Origin: an uncultured bacterium
GTDB taxonomy: Bacteria; Patescibacteriota; Minisyncoccia; Phycocordibacterales; UBA918
Assembly: GCA_950073265.1 (NCBI GenBank)
Contig: CATMPJ010000003.1
Span: 1-63,057, forward strand
Length of the DNA: 63,057 nucleotides
Direction: 5' to 3'
Part shown: in pieces, positions 46,111 to 54,975 of the stretch
How positions within the stretch are numbered: the stretch's first letter is position 1
How the letters are laid out: every line of letters starts with the position of its first letter
The notes under the pieces: model-generated
What the model saw: only the letters and a program-made list of their open reading frames with translations
What the model was told of the DNA's origin: nothing
Database searches by the model: none
Position numbers and translations under genes: made by a program

Positions 46111-47295
46111 CTACTTCTGTTTTGCTTCGATTCGGTGAGCTGCAATGTGCGCAATTTGGCCCATTTCATCAGTACGCATAGTCGCTATTTTTACTAGACT
46201 TCGTGACTGATTAATTATCCCTTCACGACTAAGGAATAAATTGTTTTTGTCCTCGTCTAAGGTACAGCCCAGATAACTTAATCGACTTAATATCAAACGA
46301 CGTAAATCTGGACTACGCGAACCAATCGTACCGGTAAAAATAATCGCATCAACACCACCAGTCGCTACTGTCGCAGCAGCAATAGCTTTTTGAATACTGA
46401 AAGATAGTAAATCGAGCGCGAAGGCAGCATCACTATCTCCCTGGGTTTTACGATCTAACAGAATACGAACATCATCGACGCCAGCTAGCGCCTTGGCACC
46501 GCAATCAAAATGCAAGTACTTATTCACCTCCGTATATTTACCGTGATGCAGTCGTAGCAACTCCAACACTACCCCAGCATCAATGTCGCCACCACGCGTT
46601 AGCATTGGTAGTGAAGTGAAAGATGCGTAGCCGGCAGATGTATACATTGGCTGCCCAGTGCGGACGCCGGTCACACTGATGCCACTACCAATGTGACACA
46701 CAATCATTCGCTCGTGTTCGGCTCCAGTCACTGCATGTACCCTATCAATTACTGACGCTACGGAGAGGCCGTGGTACCCAAAACGATGCAAATCATATTC
46801 TTTTGCATCATTTCTTGCGACACTGTATTCCCGAGCTATTGCTGGAAGATTTGCGAAAAATGCTGTGTCAGACGCCGCTACTAGCGGCACGCCGGGCATG
46901 AGTAATCGACACTGTCGTATCTCTTCAAGCGTTACCGGAATATGAAGAGGAGCCGTTGGTTCCTTGGCTTGCAACTTGCTTACAAACACATCATCAATCT
47001 TTTGGTGATTTTGAAATTCAGTTCCGGCAGCCAAAATTCTAATACCAATCGCGTCTATAGTAATTCCTTTTCCTCGGGCGTGGCTATTGGCGGCCGCGGC
47101 AAATTCTGATAGTGCGTTGTCATACTCGTCCTTAGTGATTGTCTTTATCTCTTCATTTTTTTGCGAATCTCTAGTGCAGACTTGGAAGTCATTGTCAGTA
47201 CGTTCAAAGATCGCTTCCAGCTCGGCGGTGCCAGATATAAAAAGAGCATATTTCTTTGATGTACCTCCTGGATTGATGACAAATACTGCGGACAT
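46111..47295 (-). CDS. ackA: Acetate/propionate kinase
   Basis: HRFGYHGLS and VCHIGSGISV motifs. The N-terminal P-loop is divergent (INPGGTSKKY). Confidence 0.85.
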   Translation of the reverse strand: MSAVFVINPGGTSKKYALFISGTAELEAIFERTDNDFQVCTRDSQKNEEIKTITKDEYDNALSEFAAAANSHARGKGITIDAIGIRILAAGTEFQNHQKIDDVFVSKLQAKEPTAPLHIPVTLEEIRQCRLLMPGVPLVAASDTAFFANLPAIAREYSVARNDAKEYDLHRFGYHGLSVASVIDRVHAVTGAEHERMIVCHIGSGISVTGVRTGQPMYTSAGYASFTSLPMLTRGGDIDAGVVLELLRLHHGKYTEVNKYLHFDCGAKALAGVDDVRILLDRKTQGDSDAAFALDLLSFSIQKAIAAATVATGGVDAIIFTGTIGSRSPDLRRLILSRLSYLGCTLDEDKNNLFLSREGIINQSRSLVKIATMRTDEMGQIAHIAAHRIEAKQK

Positions 47296-47411
47296 GAAGA
47301 GCTTGTTATATATCTATAGTAGCAGGCCGCGGCGCTTTGCGCCGCGGCCAGCGGGGAAACCTGTACCACTGTTTTGTAGCTTACCCCATGGCTGTTATAC
47401 TCTAGTCCACT

Positions 47412-47801
47412 ATGAAGGACTATGTAGTAAAACGTAGCAGCGCCGGTCTTGGACTATTTGCCAACCGCGACTTCAAAAAAGATGAAGTGATTATCGAATA
47501 CGTTGGAGAGACAATATCTGACGCGGAAGCCCAAAGGCGCGGCGGAAAATATCTTTTTGAGCTTAATGATGAATGGACGATTGATGGCAAAAGTCGGGAC
47601 AACACCGCTCGGTATATCAATCATAGCTGCAAGCCAAATTGCTACGCCGAACTAACTGAAGATGAAACCCAGGTGTTCATCAAGGCAAAGCGAGCAATTA
47701 AAGCTGGTGAGGAGTTTACCTATCATTACGGTAGCTATTATTTTAAGAATGAAATAACGCCAGCGGGGTGTAAGTGCGCTAAGTGTTTACAGAAAGACTG
47801 A
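47412..47801 (+). CDS. SET-domain protein (putative lysine methyltransferase)
   Basis: RYINHSCKPNC, EEFTYHYG, and a post-SET Cys cluster CKCAKC. Confidence 0.85.
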   Translation: MKDYVVKRSSAGLGLFANRDFKKDEVIIEYVGETISDAEAQRRGGKYLFELNDEWTIDGKSRDNTARYINHSCKPNCYAELTEDETQVFIKAKRAIKAGEEFTYHYGSYYFKNEITPAGCKCAKCLQKD

Positions 47802-47863
47802 CGTCTTTCAAGTTGTGTGTCAATTTAAAGCGCGGCCCCATTCGGGGCCGCACTTTAAATTTC

Positions 47864-47992
47864 TTACTTTCCCTTTCGACAGCGGTCACTGCAATACTTC
47901 ACTTCTGCCCATTACCCACGCAGCTTCCAACTTTTACGGTTTTCAAATATAAGTCCGCATCGCTCACATGTCTTAATTTCTTTTTTGTTCAT
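47864..47992 (-). pseudogene. DUF2256-like zinc-ribbon mini-gene interrupted by an in-frame TAA
   Basis: My translation is MNKKEIKTCERCGLIFENRKSWKLRG*WAEVKYCSDRCRKGK*. The internal TAA is at 47912-47914. Both halves fit the remembered DUF2256 pattern (C..CG..F..RK.W...W.EVKYCS.RCR). The ATG sits in TGATATG with the Smr stop. Confidence 0.5.
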
Positions 47993-47993
47993 A

Positions 47994-48248
47994 TCAAAAA
48001 TGTACAAACAAGCGGCCGTGGTTCTTTGTGTCTATTTCCACGCGCTTGTACTGCGCTTTGATTTCCTTTTGGTCGAGCCACTTCTTCACTTGTTTCATTA
48101 ATTGCCCACTACCTTTACCAGGGATTATTTCTACTTTCTTCACGCGCTTTTGTATCGCCTCTTCCATGAGGCGCAAAAGCGCGTCATCAATCGGCCGCCC
48201 ATTCTTGGCTATCGAATGCAAATCGAGGTGTAACGTGGATTTGGACAT
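47994..48248 (-). CDS. Smr-domain protein
   Basis: LDLHS...VEIIPGKGSGQL pattern, 84 aa. Confidence 0.75.
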   Translation of the reverse strand: MSKSTLHLDLHSIAKNGRPIDDALLRLMEEAIQKRVKKVEIIPGKGSGQLMKQVKKWLDQKEIKAQYKRVEIDTKNHGRLFVHF

Positions 48249-48252
48249 ATAT

Positions 48253-48795
48253 TTATTTTGAATCTTTCAGCACAAAGCGCCAGGGTTTTTGTGACCATTC
48301 CGGTCCGGCGTAATCGACGCCGATGCGCGGCGTGGCCTCGATAGACGCGGCGTCGACCGTGTATCCACGGTCTTCGATCCACAGACCGCTGCCGCCTTCT
48401 TTCTTCGGCAGCGCGAGCGCGGCGTTATGTTCGCGCGTGATGCCTAGGTCGCGGGTTAGCTTGCCGGGACCGTCATACGCTACAACACCACGGATCAACA
48501 CAGCCGCAGCATGGTCCTCTGGACCGGTCACGATATTCAGCATGTCATATATGCCGTAGATGAGATACACGTACCAATGCCCGGCCGGACCAAACATCAC
48601 TTCTGTTCGCTTAGTCCGACCCCTACTCGCATGACAGGCGAGATCCGCCTGACCGTCGTACGCCTCCACTTCAGTGATCATATGCGCGATGCCTGCGGCA
48701 CCGTTCTTACTTTCTCTGACCAAGTACTTCCCCAACAACTCCGGCGCCACCTCCAACACCGACCGTTCAAAAAATTCTTTCCCGAGCACTTCCAT
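48253..48795 (-). CDS. mpg: DNA-3-methyladenine glycosylase (Mpg/AAG family)
   Basis: LGKEFFERSVLEVAPELLGKYLV...EVEAY...DLACHA pattern. Start set at the ATG at 48795. Markedly GC-rich. Confidence 0.85.
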   Translation of the reverse strand: MEVLGKEFFERSVLEVAPELLGKYLVRESKNGAAGIAHMITEVEAYDGQADLACHASRGRTKRTEVMFGPAGHWYVYLIYGIYDMLNIVTGPEDHAAAVLIRGVVAYDGPGKLTRDLGITREHNAALALPKKEGGSGLWIEDRGYTVDAASIEATPRIGVDYAGPEWSQKPWRFVLKDSK

Positions 48796-48836
48796 GCCCG
48801 GAGTATAACAAAAGCAGGTACCTGCGGCACCTGCTC

Positions 48837-48998
48837 TTACTTCCCTTTCCAATCTTCGATGATGATTTGCTGGCCGCGGCGACGGACCGTGAGCTTCTGT
48901 CGCTCGCGCCAGCCGAGTTCATCAATGAGCTCGGCTGGAATCACTACGCTCAAACTCCGCTTCCCAACCCGAGTCAATTTTCGAACTAATTTTTCCAT
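48837..48998 (-). CDS. AbrB/MazE(SpoVT)-fold small DNA-binding protein (53 aa)
   Basis: Below the ORF-track size cut-off. My translation is MEKLVRKLTRVGKRSLSVVIPAELIDELGWRERQKLTVRRRGQQIIIEDWKGK, which fits the swapped-hairpin pattern (vG..S..v.iP.e....gw..g..l). Confidence 0.6.
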   Translation of the reverse strand: MEKLVRKLTRVGKRSLSVVIPAELIDELGWRERQKLTVRRRGQQIIIEDWKGK

Positions 48999-49021
48999 AT
49001 ATTACAAGTATACCCCGCCCC

Positions 49022-49045
49022 TGTTACGTAGCATGCTACGTAACA
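49022..49045. promoter_or_regulatory. Perfect 24-bp palindrome upstream of the AbrB-like gene (candidate operator)
   Basis: tgttacgtagca|tgctacgtaaca. It lies 24 nt upstream of the ATG at 48998 and 8 nt after the stop at 49053. Confidence 0.4.
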
Positions 49046-49052
49046 AGTAAAA

Positions 49053-49265
49053 TTATAAATTTAAAATACTTAGTATATTGATATCGAATAGGTAGCTTAG
49101 AAGCAAGGTAAAAACTAATAAAGCTAAAAAAGGAACTAATATTTTTCCGTATAAATGCGACCAGACGTCTGAAAACAGTCTAGAAAAAACTTCCCAAGCA
49201 ACAAACAATATCAAAATGATCGGTATAAAAATGTAGTTCAGTACGAATTCGATTACCTTTGTCAT
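49053..49265 (-). CDS. Small two-TM peptide (70 aa), last gene of the R-M operon
   Basis: Start at the ATG at 49265 (MTKVIEFVLNYIFIPIILILFVAW...LVPFLALLVFTLLLSYLF), 10 nt after the hsdS stop. Confidence 0.4.
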   Translation of the reverse strand: MTKVIEFVLNYIFIPIILILFVAWEVFSRLFSDVWSHLYGKILVPFLALLVFTLLLSYLFDINILSILNL

Positions 49266-49275
49266 CTTAATAAAA

Positions 49276-50526
49276 CTAGAGTAATTGACCGTTAAATGCT
49301 TCGTAGAGGTAGGCGCGCTCGAGGGATTTGAGGTCAGCGAGTTGCGTATCTTGAAGCGCGCGAAGCTCCGCAACGCGCGCGCTGAGTTCATCAAGTTCTT
49401 TTACAATTTTTTCTTGGGTTTTTAGGTCTGGTATTGTTATTCTGTAACTCTCTATAAAATCTTTTGGTACGCGCTTTTGTCCCGCACTGCCTGTCATCTT
49501 TTTTTCTGCTTCTAGCCTAAATTTTTTAGAAGCCAAAATGTAGTATAAAAACCTAATATTAGATTTAGCTTCTATCGACCTCAACACATGAAACTCTGTC
49601 GTTCCAAAACCAATCTCTGTTTCAATATCAGCCACAGCCACCTTTCCATTCTCCATGCAGGGTGTAATTTTTGCAAAAAGTAAATCTCCTCTTTTAAAAT
49701 AGGTATATCCTTTTCTTACTTCACCAAGTGATCGCATTTCACGGTCAACAATCTTTTGCTGGGTATCACTCACTGCAGACATAGGTACAAAAGCAACCTG
49801 CGTTTCGTCTGTAACCCAAGAGATTTCTGATTTCTTAGGATTTATAATTGCCACTTCGTCAATTCTTCTTTCTTCCCAACCTTTTTCTTTTCCTTCGGTG
49901 AAAATTTCAGTGAGTTTTGCAGAGAGAATTTTTTCGGTGTCAGCAATAGCTTCTTTGCGAAGTTGAATAGCTTCCCTTACTTTTCCAAGCTTCTCATCAA
50001 GCACCTTCACAATCCGCTTTTGTTCTTCGAGTGGAGGGAGTGGGATTTCAATCTCTTTATACTCAGCAAAAATCAAGTTTCTTATACCAGTCGTTTGTTT
50101 TTGAAGATTTTCAGTCTTTCCAGATATATATTGCAGCATCAAAAACCAATGAAGAAACTTGGGCATCAATTCATTAGTATCAAATACTCTTAATCGAGAA
50201 GTAAAATTACTAAAACTGTATTCGCCAGCTTTATCAAAAAACACAACACGACCAACTGGCTGAGTCGGACCACCACCAGATCTCTCGAGAATGATGTCAT
50301 TTGGCTGAAGTAGTCTTTTTTCTAATTGTTTTTCCTCTACCTCAATTTCGGCAACATCATCATAATTTAATGAACCATCGTTGTTCTTAAAATTGGTGTT
50401 CCTAAGCACACACACCCTTTTGTAAGGAGGCTTTTTACCAGTCCAAAGGCCGTTCTGAAATTCACAAACCTCAGCAAGTTTTTTTGTTGGCCATTTAGTT
50501 TTCATATTTGCTTTCCATAAAGTCAA
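49276..50526 (-). CDS. hsdS: Type I restriction-modification specificity subunit HsdS
   Basis: Two target-recognition domains separated by conserved helices (LPPLEEQKRIVKVLDE and IPDLKTQEKIVKELDE). The alternative start ATG at 50505 is also inside the upstream gene. Confidence 0.85.
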   Translation of the reverse strand: MTLWKANMKTKWPTKKLAEVCEFQNGLWTGKKPPYKRVCVLRNTNFKNNDGSLNYDDVAEIEVEEKQLEKRLLQPNDIILERSGGGPTQPVGRVVFFDKAGEYSFSNFTSRLRVFDTNELMPKFLHWFLMLQYISGKTENLQKQTTGIRNLIFAEYKEIEIPLPPLEEQKRIVKVLDEKLGKVREAIQLRKEAIADTEKILSAKLTEIFTEGKEKGWEERRIDEVAIINPKKSEISWVTDETQVAFVPMSAVSDTQQKIVDREMRSLGEVRKGYTYFKRGDLLFAKITPCMENGKVAVADIETEIGFGTTEFHVLRSIEAKSNIRFLYYILASKKFRLEAEKKMTGSAGQKRVPKDFIESYRITIPDLKTQEKIVKELDELSARVAELRALQDTQLADLKSLERAYLYEAFNGQLL

Positions 50527-51118
50527 TTAGAGTATCGAAAATTCGAACTACTTCATCGACACTCTTCCCCATGAGAGGATTCTCTCTGACATTAGTTCTC
50601 CTATTTAAACTTCTCGGATGAACTGAATTTCTTAAGTCACGTAAATTTTCTAGAGTCTGTATATTATTCGGTCTCCTGAAAAAATTTGCTTGTTTATATA
50701 TCTCTACCAAAGAACCGAGCCCGAAAGTTTTACTCTCTGTCCTTTGCTTTGCAATTTTTTTGACCAACTCGTTCTGATCACTCTCAACTAGGTGTTCTAA
50801 ATAGTCCGTTAATAGACCCTCGACTATTGCACCAATTATCTGATAAATGACTAATTTATGCTGCCATCCAAAAGTTAAACCTGGTTTTAAAAAGTAAAAA
50901 ATACTGAGATGATAATCAAGAGACATTCTTAGTTCAGCTAGATTGTTTCGCAATGTAACGTCCCTAATAAAATGAAATCTTGGTCTATAGTCTGCACTGA
51001 GGCTTTTAGAAATCATCCTTCCGTCAGTTGCCTCTTTTCGCCACTTACAATACTCGTCAGGAAGGTGTTGCAGATTAGCATGAACACTATGAAATGCTTG
51101 TTCTAATTCAGGATTCAT
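50495..51118 (-). CDS. Uncharacterised protein embedded in the type I R-M operon; possible HEPN-like domain
   Basis: The 207-aa ORF overlaps the hsdM stop (ATGA) and the hsdS start. Its C-terminal LENLRDLRNSVHP loosely fits the Rx4-6H motif. Confidence 0.6.
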   Translation of the reverse strand: MNPELEQAFHSVHANLQHLPDEYCKWRKEATDGRMISKSLSADYRPRFHFIRDVTLRNNLAELRMSLDYHLSIFYFLKPGLTFGWQHKLVIYQIIGAIVEGLLTDYLEHLVESDQNELVKKIAKQRTESKTFGLGSLVEIYKQANFFRRPNNIQTLENLRDLRNSVHPRSLNRRTNVRENPLMGKSVDEVVRIFDTLIDFMESKYEN

Positions 51119-52536
51119 AGTGATTTTAAGAGCTCTTCAATGTTTCTTTCAAACTTCAAAATTTTTTCTTTCAATTCCTTTGAGCTCAACTGTTCTACAT
51201 CACTACCTCCGTTTGGATTTTTGAAATCCAGATTGTAGTTACGTTCATGAATTTGCTCGATTGAAACCTTGTGAGCAAATTCATTTTCCTCGCGCTTATT
51301 CCACCACTCTCTAACCACATCAAACTCATCGTGCTTGATCGGCTTACCTTTGGTGTATTGCTTCATACCTTCGGGGAGTGGCATGTGGTAGTACCAGGTT
51401 TCTTTCGTTGGCTCGCCTTTGGTAAAGAAAAGTAGGTTGGTATTTACGCCTGCGTATGGATTGAATACACCCTGCGGAAGACGTACGATAGTGTGTAAGT
51501 TACACGTCTCAAGTAGGTGCTTTTTAATCTCAGTCGCGACACCTTCACTGAATAATGTGCCATCTGGAAGAACAAGACCAGCCCTACCTCCATCTTTAAG
51601 AATGTGTGCAATAAGTACTAAGAACAATAGTTCTGTGGCTTTGGTGCGGTACTTCGTTGGAAAGTTTTTCTCTACCCCATCTGCCACCACCCCACCGAAT
51701 GGTGGATTAGCCACGACCACATCCACTCGGTCACTCGGACCGTACTCAGTGAGTGCCTTGGCTGCCAGCATATCGTCGTGACGAATCGTGGTTGGATTCT
51801 CCACGTCATGGAGCATGAAGTTAGTAACCGCCAGAGCATGTGGCATTTGCTTGAGTTCAATACCATGAATTGATTTTTGCAGTAACTGTTCATCTTCAGC
51901 AGTCTTTACCTCGCCACTGGCTCGGACGTGCTCAAGTGCATTGATTAAGAAGCCTCCAGTACCACAAGCTGGGTCGAGCACCTTTTCGCCAAGCTTAGGA
52001 TCTATCATTTCCACTAGAAACTTTGTGAGTGGTCGGGGCGTGTAGAATTCACCAGCGTTTCCAGCACTCTGCAAGTCTTTCAGGAGTCCTTCGTAGATAT
52101 CACCAAACTGATGGCGATCATCTTTTTTATTGAAATTGATGTCACTGATCTTGTTGATTACCTGCCGAATGAGCGTCCCATTCTTCATGTAGTTGTATGA
52201 ATCCGCAAAGACATTGCGAACGATACCAGCTGGTGAGTTTTCATCACGTACCGAGAGTGCTTTCAGTTTTGGAAAGAGTTCTTTATCAATAAACTCAGAG
52301 AGTTCTTCTCCGGTAATACCTTCTGGATCTGAGGCCCAATTACGCCAGCGAAGCTCTTCGGGAATTGGTGATTTGTAGGCTGGATCAATGAGCTCATGGC
52401 TTTTTTCACGGTCATCAAAAATCTTCAGGAAAAGAATCCATACAAGCTGCGAGAGACGTTGCGCATCACCGTCAACACCAGCGTCTTTACGCATGATCTT
52501 TTGGATGTGTTTGATTACATTCTGTACGTCTGTCAT
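51115..52536 (-). CDS. hsdM: Type I R-M N6-adenine DNA methyltransferase HsdM
   Basis: HsdM N-terminal domain, motif I DPACGTGGF and motif IV NPPFG. Confidence 0.9.
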   Translation of the reverse strand: MTDVQNVIKHIQKIMRKDAGVDGDAQRLSQLVWILFLKIFDDREKSHELIDPAYKSPIPEELRWRNWASDPEGITGEELSEFIDKELFPKLKALSVRDENSPAGIVRNVFADSYNYMKNGTLIRQVINKISDINFNKKDDRHQFGDIYEGLLKDLQSAGNAGEFYTPRPLTKFLVEMIDPKLGEKVLDPACGTGGFLINALEHVRASGEVKTAEDEQLLQKSIHGIELKQMPHALAVTNFMLHDVENPTTIRHDDMLAAKALTEYGPSDRVDVVVANPPFGGVVADGVEKNFPTKYRTKATELLFLVLIAHILKDGGRAGLVLPDGTLFSEGVATEIKKHLLETCNLHTIVRLPQGVFNPYAGVNTNLLFFTKGEPTKETWYYHMPLPEGMKQYTKGKPIKHDEFDVVREWWNKREENEFAHKVSIEQIHERNYNLDFKNPNGGSDVEQLSSKELKEKILKFERNIEELLKSL

Positions 52537-52539
52537 AGG

Positions 52540-54876
52540 CTAGGCATCTACTTCGTACAATTGTCTTTCAATCTCTCGTACGACCTGCATGTATTCTTCT
52601 CGGCCACCAAAAATACCTTCCACTATCTCAACTGGAGGACCGTATTGAGTAAATGGAGTGACCTGAAGATCTCCGATATCATCAATGGCAGTGATGCCGT
52701 GTTCTGCGTACTTCTCTAGGAGATGGTCGATGATCTCTCGTGCTTCTCCTTCATACTTATCAAAGTAACTACTTTGCTTCACATTACGGAGCCGTTCACT
52801 GCGAGTTAACGGTTTCTTGCCATAAGCAACATGAAGGATGAGATCAAACACGTCGACGTCTTGTCCCACTTCTTTTTGCAACTCTTCAAAGATGATTCCT
52901 CGCTCTTGGAGCTCTTGCACGATGATGTCTTTTCGCTCGGTTGCTTGCCAGCGATTGAGGAAATCTTCTAGTGAAGAATAGATGCCGGTAATAGCCTGTT
53001 TACTGAAGTCTTCCAGTGAAGCGGTGATAAGCTTTCCGGTCTTTGGATCAATGTATTGGATAATCTTTTGGATAGGGTCAAAAGAAACACCCTCTTTGAT
53101 ATAGATTTTCTTTGGCTTTGGATTCTCTTCAGTTCCATCAATCAGCACCTCTTCTCGAGGGTTATTTTTTATGAGTTCTTCTTCTGATTTTGTTTCTTCT
53201 TCAATGGCTTTAGCGACATCCAGCGGTTCATTACCTTCTTGCTCATAACTCTCTACTGGATCACCATCAAATTCTGGATCAGCAAAAAGTCTTGTCACAT
53301 TTCGGAAATCCATAATGGTGAAGTAGTACTTTCCGTGCTGTTCGTCGATACGAGTACCACGACCAATGATTTGCTTGAACTCGGTCATTGAGTTCATTGG
53401 TGAATCGAGTACTACCAACTTTACTGTTTTCGTATCGACGCCAGTCGAGAGGAGCTTTGAGGTAGTAGCGATGACTGGATACTTTTCTTCAGGATTAACA
53501 AAGTTTTCTATCTCTAGTTTTCCATATAGATCATCGCCCGTCATACGTACTACATACTTCGGATTTTCGTGTGATTGTTCATTTAGCTCATTATTAAGAA
53601 AGCGTCGCATGCGTTCGGCGTGCTTTGTGTCGACACAGAAAACAATTGTCTTTTGGAAAACATCCGTGTCTCGAAGATATTCAGCAATACATCGGGCCAC
53701 GGCTCGATTACGATCTTCTAAGATAATTGAGCGGTCAAAGTTTGATTCGTTGTAAATCTCGTCGGGCACTTCATTCCCTTCAGCATCAACGAAGCCTTGA
53801 GGTGGGCGCCACTCGTCGTTATCGAATCTATAGCGGATCACTTTATATGGGGCCAAGAATCCGTCATCAATACCCTGCTTGAGGGTGTATGTATATACCG
53901 GCTCGCCAAAATATTCAAAATTATCCGCATCGTCGGCATGCTTTGGAGTCGCAGTTAGACCAATCTGAGTCGCTGAACTATAATACTCAAGAATCGAGCG
54001 CCACAAACCATCCTCTTTAGCACTACCACGATGACACTCATCAACCACAATCAAGTCGAAAAAGTCTGGGGAGAACTGTTTAAACTTCTCAGTTTCATCA
54101 CCACCCATAAGACCTTGATACAAAGCGACATATATTTCGTACGCAGGGTCTACACGAGGACCGTCAATTTTTGTAACAGCTTTACCGAAATGTCGGAACT
54201 CGCCACGTAGAGTTTGATCAGCCAGGGCTGTTCGGTCTACCAAAAACAATATTCTCTTCTTCTGTTTTGTTCGCCATAATCGCCAGATAATTTGAAAAGC
54301 GGTATAGGTTTTTCCAGTTCCAGTTGCCATCACCAGCATTATGCGATCCTGACCTTTTGCAACTGACTCAACAACACGGTTAATAGCATTGCGCTGATAA
54401 TAACGAGGCTTTTTGCCGGATCCGTCTGTGAAATAGTCAGATAAAACGACCTCTTTTGTTTCTTCCGTAATACCCTTAGCTTGTATAAATCGAGCAAACA
54501 ATTCTTCGGGAGAAGGTAGCGATGACACATCAAGTTCTTTTTCAGCACCTGTAAATGAATCATGTTCAATAAAGCCCTTGCCATTGCTACTGTATACAAA
54601 AGGAATATCTAAATCTTGCGCATAAGAAATACCCTGCTGAAGACCATCGCCAGCAGAGTGTGAGTCATCTTTTTCCTCAATTAGTGCTAATGGTAGATCA
54701 TTTTTATAATACAAAATGTAATCAACTCGCTTCTTTTTACCACGAGAGACAGTCTTTCCATGCACATGGATGCGCCCAGCCGTAAAAGTGATCTCTCGCT
54801 GTACCCTATCCTCTGACCAACCAGCCTGCTCTACTGCTGGATCAATTAATTTTGCTCTAACATCTGCTTCTGTCAT
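52540..54876 (-). CDS. hsdR: Type I restriction enzyme R subunit HsdR (short, 778 aa)
   Basis: N-terminal PD-(D/E)xK domain (VDYILY...LALIEEKD), and SF2 motor motifs MATGTGKT, VVDECHRG and TATP. Confidence 0.9.
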   Translation of the reverse strand: MTEADVRAKLIDPAVEQAGWSEDRVQREITFTAGRIHVHGKTVSRGKKKRVDYILYYKNDLPLALIEEKDDSHSAGDGLQQGISYAQDLDIPFVYSSNGKGFIEHDSFTGAEKELDVSSLPSPEELFARFIQAKGITEETKEVVLSDYFTDGSGKKPRYYQRNAINRVVESVAKGQDRIMLVMATGTGKTYTAFQIIWRLWRTKQKKRILFLVDRTALADQTLRGEFRHFGKAVTKIDGPRVDPAYEIYVALYQGLMGGDETEKFKQFSPDFFDLIVVDECHRGSAKEDGLWRSILEYYSSATQIGLTATPKHADDADNFEYFGEPVYTYTLKQGIDDGFLAPYKVIRYRFDNDEWRPPQGFVDAEGNEVPDEIYNESNFDRSIILEDRNRAVARCIAEYLRDTDVFQKTIVFCVDTKHAERMRRFLNNELNEQSHENPKYVVRMTGDDLYGKLEIENFVNPEEKYPVIATTSKLLSTGVDTKTVKLVVLDSPMNSMTEFKQIIGRGTRIDEQHGKYYFTIMDFRNVTRLFADPEFDGDPVESYEQEGNEPLDVAKAIEEETKSEEELIKNNPREEVLIDGTEENPKPKKIYIKEGVSFDPIQKIIQYIDPKTGKLITASLEDFSKQAITGIYSSLEDFLNRWQATERKDIIVQELQERGIIFEELQKEVGQDVDVFDLILHVAYGKKPLTRSERLRNVKQSSYFDKYEGEAREIIDHLLEKYAEHGITAIDDIGDLQVTPFTQYGPPVEIVEGIFGGREEYMQVVREIERQLYEVDA

Positions 54877-54975
54877 TTGTAGATAAATGTAGCATTTTGG
54901 GGGTGGTTTTGGAATGCTTGTATAATAAAAGAAAACCTCGATGTCTATCCAGGTTTTCTTTTTATTATTGTGGGT

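Noticed and set aside
52534-52542. hsdR and hsdM are in the same frame, separated only by TAG plus one codon, which could suggest an R-M fusion by readthrough
   Set aside because: Close packing with 2-4 nt spacers is the norm throughout this window. There is no recoding signal, so this is most likely coincidence.
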